From contig JBDHUY010000005.1 in NCBI GenBank assembly GCA_039809385.1, positions 1 to 64,000 of the forward strand: 64,000 nt of DNA, read 5' to 3'. Below the pieces are notes generated by a model that did no database searches, had not been told where the DNA came from, and worked only from the letters and a program-made list of their open reading frames with translations. The position numbers were made by a program, and so were the translations under genes. This DNA comes from Candidatus Altimarinota bacterium (GTDB lineage Bacteria; Patescibacteriota; Gracilibacteria; JBDHUY01). Positions within the stretch are counted from its first letter, which is position 1. Every line of letters begins with the position of its first letter. Below, in pieces: positions 60,126 to 64,000 of this stretch.

Positions 60126-62138
60126 TTATTTTATGTATACTCCCAGTTCTAAGAGAAACGAGTCGAAACTGGCAGGATCGGGCACTCCTGATAGAAGCGG
60201 TTCTTCCACGTTGACAGGAGTTTGAATGCCTTCGATATAGAGCATGATCCGTTTGCGTTCCTGCACGGCCGGACTTGTTTCCAGGACAATGGTATTCTCC
60301 CACTCCTGTTCGTCCACCAGTCCTATAAAGTAGTAAGGCGATGATTTGATGCGGGGAATAATGTCTTCCAGGTATGCTTGCTTTTGCGCGTTGTTCAGTC
60401 CCAACCGTTCCATAATCGTATCTAGGAGAAAACCTTGCAAATTCTCTTGGGCAACCACAAAACCTTTTTCGGGTTTCGTTAGCTTCATCCCTTTACGAAG
60501 CGTGAATTCGTAAAACAGGTACGGTGCCAGCACAAGATCCTTTTTCAAATCTTCCAGGGCCGTTTTTATGGTGACCGGATTCAGCGGATTTTTTCCTAAA
60601 ATTTCAATAAACGCCTCCAGCAGTTTTTTTGTTTTTACGGCAATCAAAGTTTTGTTTGATATAGTAAGCACATTCCAGGTTGCCTTGGTTGTCTCGCTGC
60701 GTACAAGCTCTCCTTGAGGTGAAATGGATATCTGTTCAGGTGCTTGGGTTGGTGGCGGATCGAAAACCGGAAGGGTCCCGCGCCGGTTATCCAAGCGGAT
60801 GGTAAACATGGTTGGTTCTTTGGAAAACACGTAGACTAATGGAGATATATGGGTTACCTTTCCAGTCTTCAGATTTGTACAATCCATCGAATACGCACAA
60901 GGTTGGTTGGGCACATCATTTATGGTACAGACTTCGCGCGGCGGTGTTACTTCTTCACAAAATTCATCCATACCTATATCGCACTCTGGTCCCACACATT
61001 CCGGTCCGGGTAGATTATATGGCTGTGACGCTTGGGGCGGGATATCGACCTGAATGTCGCAACTGGCCTTTTCTCCGCTCTCGGAAACCTCTTGCCTTTT
61101 TTCCCCTACATCCAGACTAATGATCTCGTTGCTCGGTGGAGCGAAGGTGCTTCTTTCTCGGTCCGGAATAACCGCGAATTTCCCCCGGACTCCTGGAATG
61201 CGTTTGAGTCCGGCAATGGCAAATTTACTTCCGTCTTGATTTGTACATTGTCCCCTGCTGTGCTGATCGAGTGGAATACAGGCGGGCAGCTGAACCGTCG
61301 CGCCCGTATTCAAGGCTACCAGACTTTCGGGTATCGTCATCAGTTTTTCGATTGCCGCCCCCGAAAGATTTGCCCTTTTGGAACCGAAGAATCCGACGAT
61401 CTGGATCTTCTCGGCGTTTCCTTTTGCGAGTCCGTTGAGACTGTATTCGGCTTTTCCCGTTTCATCGGTCTGAACCCGCACGTCGGTCAAGATCTCTTTG
61501 GTCGCCTGATCCATAACTACCAGCAATACTTCGACCGACGGAAAGGCTTGAATCTCAAGATCGATCTTTCCCAATCGATTTTCAATGCAGACCGGTTGAT
61601 TTTTTGCCCTTACATTCGCTTGTCCCAACGGCACGAAAAAATCGGGTTGGCTTTTGTCGCTCACCAGTACCGGGCTGCCGCTCCCGTCACTGCCCGAACT
61701 TCCCGTTTCGTAGCTGGGATATAGGGTATATTTTTGAAAAACGCCGACCATGCCGTTCTCACCCATAAAATATCTTTCCATATTTTCCCGGTTGAATTCG
61801 CCGTTGCTAACGAACGGAATTCGAATATGATTGTTATCACCCGCCTGATAGATTTCTCCTACGAGAGGCGAGATTTGCGATTCGTCTTTTCCCATGATCT
61901 CAACCTTTACCGGCGTTCTGGCCGGGGCCAGCAGATCGAAACCGAAGTCTACGGCTTTTTGGCAATCCGGTACGCTTTCCTGCATTTTGCATATCTGGAG
62001 CGTATCTCCCTGCAACGAATAATATTGGCCGGATTGTGGCTCGATCACTGTGGCATAGGATGCCAATACATCTTTGACATGTATTAGACTAAAAAATAAA
62101 AATGTCCCAGTGATAAACCAACGAGTTTTGAAAGTCAT
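60126..62138 (-). CDS. Secreted hypothetical protein (paralog B) with a conserved uncharacterised C-terminal domain
   Basis: Signal peptide, N-region shared with paralog A, C-terminal SPLVYVF...YLFYE...GFVV...LGLN...PYYFI...SP...RIML. Confidence 0.78.
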   Translation of the reverse strand: MTFKTRWFITGTFLFFSLIHVKDVLASYATVIEPQSGQYYSLQGDTLQICKMQESVPDCQKAVDFGFDLLAPARTPVKVEIMGKDESQISPLVGEIYQAGDNNHIRIPFVSNGEFNRENMERYFMGENGMVGVFQKYTLYPSYETGSSGSDGSGSPVLVSDKSQPDFFVPLGQANVRAKNQPVCIENRLGKIDLEIQAFPSVEVLLVVMDQATKEILTDVRVQTDETGKAEYSLNGLAKGNAEKIQIVGFFGSKRANLSGAAIEKLMTIPESLVALNTGATVQLPACIPLDQHSRGQCTNQDGSKFAIAGLKRIPGVRGKFAVIPDRERSTFAPPSNEIISLDVGEKRQEVSESGEKASCDIQVDIPPQASQPYNLPGPECVGPECDIGMDEFCEEVTPPREVCTINDVPNQPCAYSMDCTNLKTGKVTHISPLVYVFSKEPTMFTIRLDNRRGTLPVFDPPPTQAPEQISISPQGELVRSETTKATWNVLTISNKTLIAVKTKKLLEAFIEILGKNPLNPVTIKTALEDLKKDLVLAPYLFYEFTLRKGMKLTKPEKGFVVAQENLQGFLLDTIMERLGLNNAQKQAYLEDIIPRIKSSPYYFIGLVDEQEWENTIVLETSPAVQERKRIMLYIEGIQTPVNVEEPLLSGVPDPASFDSFLLELGVYIK

Positions 62139-62478
62139 GCTGACAGTCTTTATTGAACATTCTGTACAGTATACCATAGAGAAACTATTTCTTTCAATGC
62201 AGTACCGGCGGCGATTTTTTTTCTCCGGATTACAGCTTGACTCGTCTTGTACCTGCTGGTAGTTTTAAGCAAACAAACCAAAACGCAGACATGATATTGT
62301 TGGCTTTTGGCGTATTCGATATAGGTAAGAATAATGCGGAGAGTCCCTGCAACGTTCTACCTAACAACATTCATGGCAGGTATCTCTTCCTCAGAAATCT
62401 TCTCATAAGAAAATATGCGTATAGGATAAAAACATAATCGATTCTTCCTCCGCATTTTATTTTTTACTTATTTCCCGT

Positions 62479-63189
62479 ATGTCCAAGCAATCATCCGGTA
62501 TGTTGCTCGTTGGTCTGCTCCTGGGAGCTAGTTTGACCTTTTCTTTTCAGTATGCGGTCGGCATCGATAAAGATCCCGAACCTTCCGGTACTGCCACACT
62601 TTCCTTAACAGCTCCCAAATCGGTCAGTGTCTTAACAAATACAGGCGGATTTACCGTTCCAACGATACTTCAATATAAACAAAACAGTTGTACTTCCTGC
62701 AGCGGACAAGATGTGGTAAATGAGATCATGATCGATGTAAACGGCGATGGGTTGACCGATATCGCGAATGTGGACAAGGATCCATACACTGGAAATAATA
62801 CCTATCTGAATAACGGCGACGGAACATGGGTGGTGGGAAAAGGCGTACAGGAATATGACGGCTATAACTATGTGTACCACTATACGGATATTAACGGAGA
62901 TGGAAAAGTTGAGCAGCTCCAGACTCAGTGGCAGCCGAGTGGTGACGGGTATTATTTTGTTACAATTAGCGGTACGGGGCTTGTTACTAATGCAAGTGTC
63001 AAAGTTCTCTCCACTCGACCATTTGAACGTGGCTTGCATTTTATGGATGTCAATGGCGACAGTTTACCCGATATGGTCATATCCGGGTATGATTTTCAAG
63101 GATCTTCCGGCTCGAATTACCTATACAAAGCCGTATTTCTGAATACCGGAACAGGCTGGGAAAAAGTGTACGAGGCAGTTGGTTCATAA
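62479..63189 (+). CDS. Secreted VCBS/FG-GAP repeat protein
   Basis: DVNGDGLTDI, YLNNGDG, DINGDGK, DVNGDSLPDM, FLNTGTGW. Confidence 0.85.
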   Translation: MSKQSSGMLLVGLLLGASLTFSFQYAVGIDKDPEPSGTATLSLTAPKSVSVLTNTGGFTVPTILQYKQNSCTSCSGQDVVNEIMIDVNGDGLTDIANVDKDPYTGNNTYLNNGDGTWVVGKGVQEYDGYNYVYHYTDINGDGKVEQLQTQWQPSGDGYYFVTISGTGLVTNASVKVLSTRPFERGLHFMDVNGDSLPDMVISGYDFQGSSGSNYLYKAVFLNTGTGWEKVYEAVGS

Positions 63190-63225
63190 GCTGTAGCTAC
63201 GCTTTATTCCTCTTCTTTGATTCTT

Positions 63226-64000
63226 ATGAACTTCTCTATACAACTACAGCGACGTCAGGTGCGTGCCGGTTCTGTACTCCTTGTCATCCTTATCGCGCAA
63301 TTGCTTTTCTCATCAACAGCTTTGGCTCAGGAAACAGGAAATATCCCCGGGGATATCGCCCCGCCGACCGCTTCAGGATCAGAAGTGGGGACAACTACCC
63401 TTATACCGGAAGCAACTGAAATCTCAGATGAAACGGGATCAGACAGTTTTGACGTATCTACTCACAATGCCTCTGCGGAAAAACGTCTGGAAAAGATTGC
63501 GCCGGAAACTGCGTCGGCTTCTACCGAACCTGACACGCTACCTCCTTTTAATCCGGGAGGAATAGCACACCACGCAAATCAGGGCGATACGCTGCAAGAA
63601 TTCAGCGGGACCTTCAATGCCGATCTTTTTAGCGGAAGCGCATCCTTTACCTACCCGTTGCAACTTCCCCCGGGACGGAACAATCTGACTCCGGTACTCG
63701 GCTTGCACTATTCATCGGCAAATTCACGCCCGGACAGTCTGGCCGGTTTTGGGTGGGATAGTACGTCTTCATCGATTACCAGAACAAGCAAAAAACCGAT
63801 TCAGGATATTTTTACGGATACTACATTCACTTCCTCTATTTTTGGTCAAAACGAAGAACTTGTCCTGGTAAATGCGGCCACCGGCGAATACCGTCCCAAG
63901 GTAGAAGGGTCCTTTCGTATATATACCCTGAACAACAATACCTGGCTTGTGAAAGATAAAAATGGAACCGTGTATACGTTTGGCAACTCATCCGCAAGCA
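63226..64000 (+). CDS. SpvB-domain (TcB/RHS-type) large secreted protein, 5' part; runs off the window
   Basis: Not in the ORF track. Frame from ATG 63226 reads signal peptide...DLFSGSASFTYPLQLPPGRNNLTPVLGLHYSS...LAGFGW...ITR...WLVKDKNGTVYTFG. Confidence 0.85.
   Translation, partial: MNFSIQLQRRQVRAGSVLLVILIAQLLFSSTALAQETGNIPGDIAPPTASGSEVGTTTLIPEATEISDETGSDSFDVSTHNASAEKRLEKIAPETASASTEPDTLPPFNPGGIAHHANQGDTLQEFSGTFNADLFSGSASFTYPLQLPPGRNNLTPVLGLHYSSANSRPDSLAGFGWDSTSSSITRTSKKPIQDIFTDTTFTSSIFGQNEELVLVNAATGEYRPKVEGSFRIYTLNNNTWLVKDKNGTVYTFGNSSAS

Noticed and set aside
63263-63565. 100-aa ORF in the track
   Set aside because: It is an out-of-frame shadow of the SpvB-type gene starting at 63226.
1-64000. 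Genetic code 25 (UGA=Gly, as in Gracilibacteria)
   Set aside because: Very long Gly-rich ORFs have no in-frame TGA, several genes end at TGA at expected lengths, and the priA and kinase breaks are TAA.

Overview
A 64-kb bacterial chromosomal segment in standard genetic code 11. The gene style (N-terminally short ClpB, many SLH/Ig surface proteins with NxN linkers, pyrimidine-rich leaders without Shine-Dalgarno motifs) suggests a Patescibacteria/CPR genome, possibly Peregrinibacteria-like; this is inference. The left part holds an IS4-family transposase and housekeeping genes (nusA, LysM-M23 peptidase, yidD, uppS, HD hydrolase, mfd, dnaN, clpB, thrS, an RluA-family gene, ldhA). An AT-rich DnaA-box cluster upstream of dnaN is a probable oriC with no dnaA beside it. 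A Thr-specific T-box leader sits two genes upstream of thrS, with a CYTH + P-loop kinase pair bracketed by repeat elements in between. A ~21-kb block (26.8-47.5 kb) encodes five large secreted surface proteins and a lipoprotein: a ~2930-aa Ig-repeat protein and four SLH-anchored proteins, one carrying an autotransporter-type passenger. The right part has small stress/repair genes, tRNA-Arg(CCG), a VapBC-like pair (a PemK/MazF pair lies earlier, near 21 kb), a half-length priA with an in-frame GTAG palindrome, a three-gene secreted cassette with two paralogs, a VCBS protein and the start of an SpvB/RHS-type gene. Heptamer arrays and short palindromes recur between genes and also inside coding sequences. 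No CRISPR array, rRNA or reverse transcriptase was seen. All calls were made by eye, without database searches.
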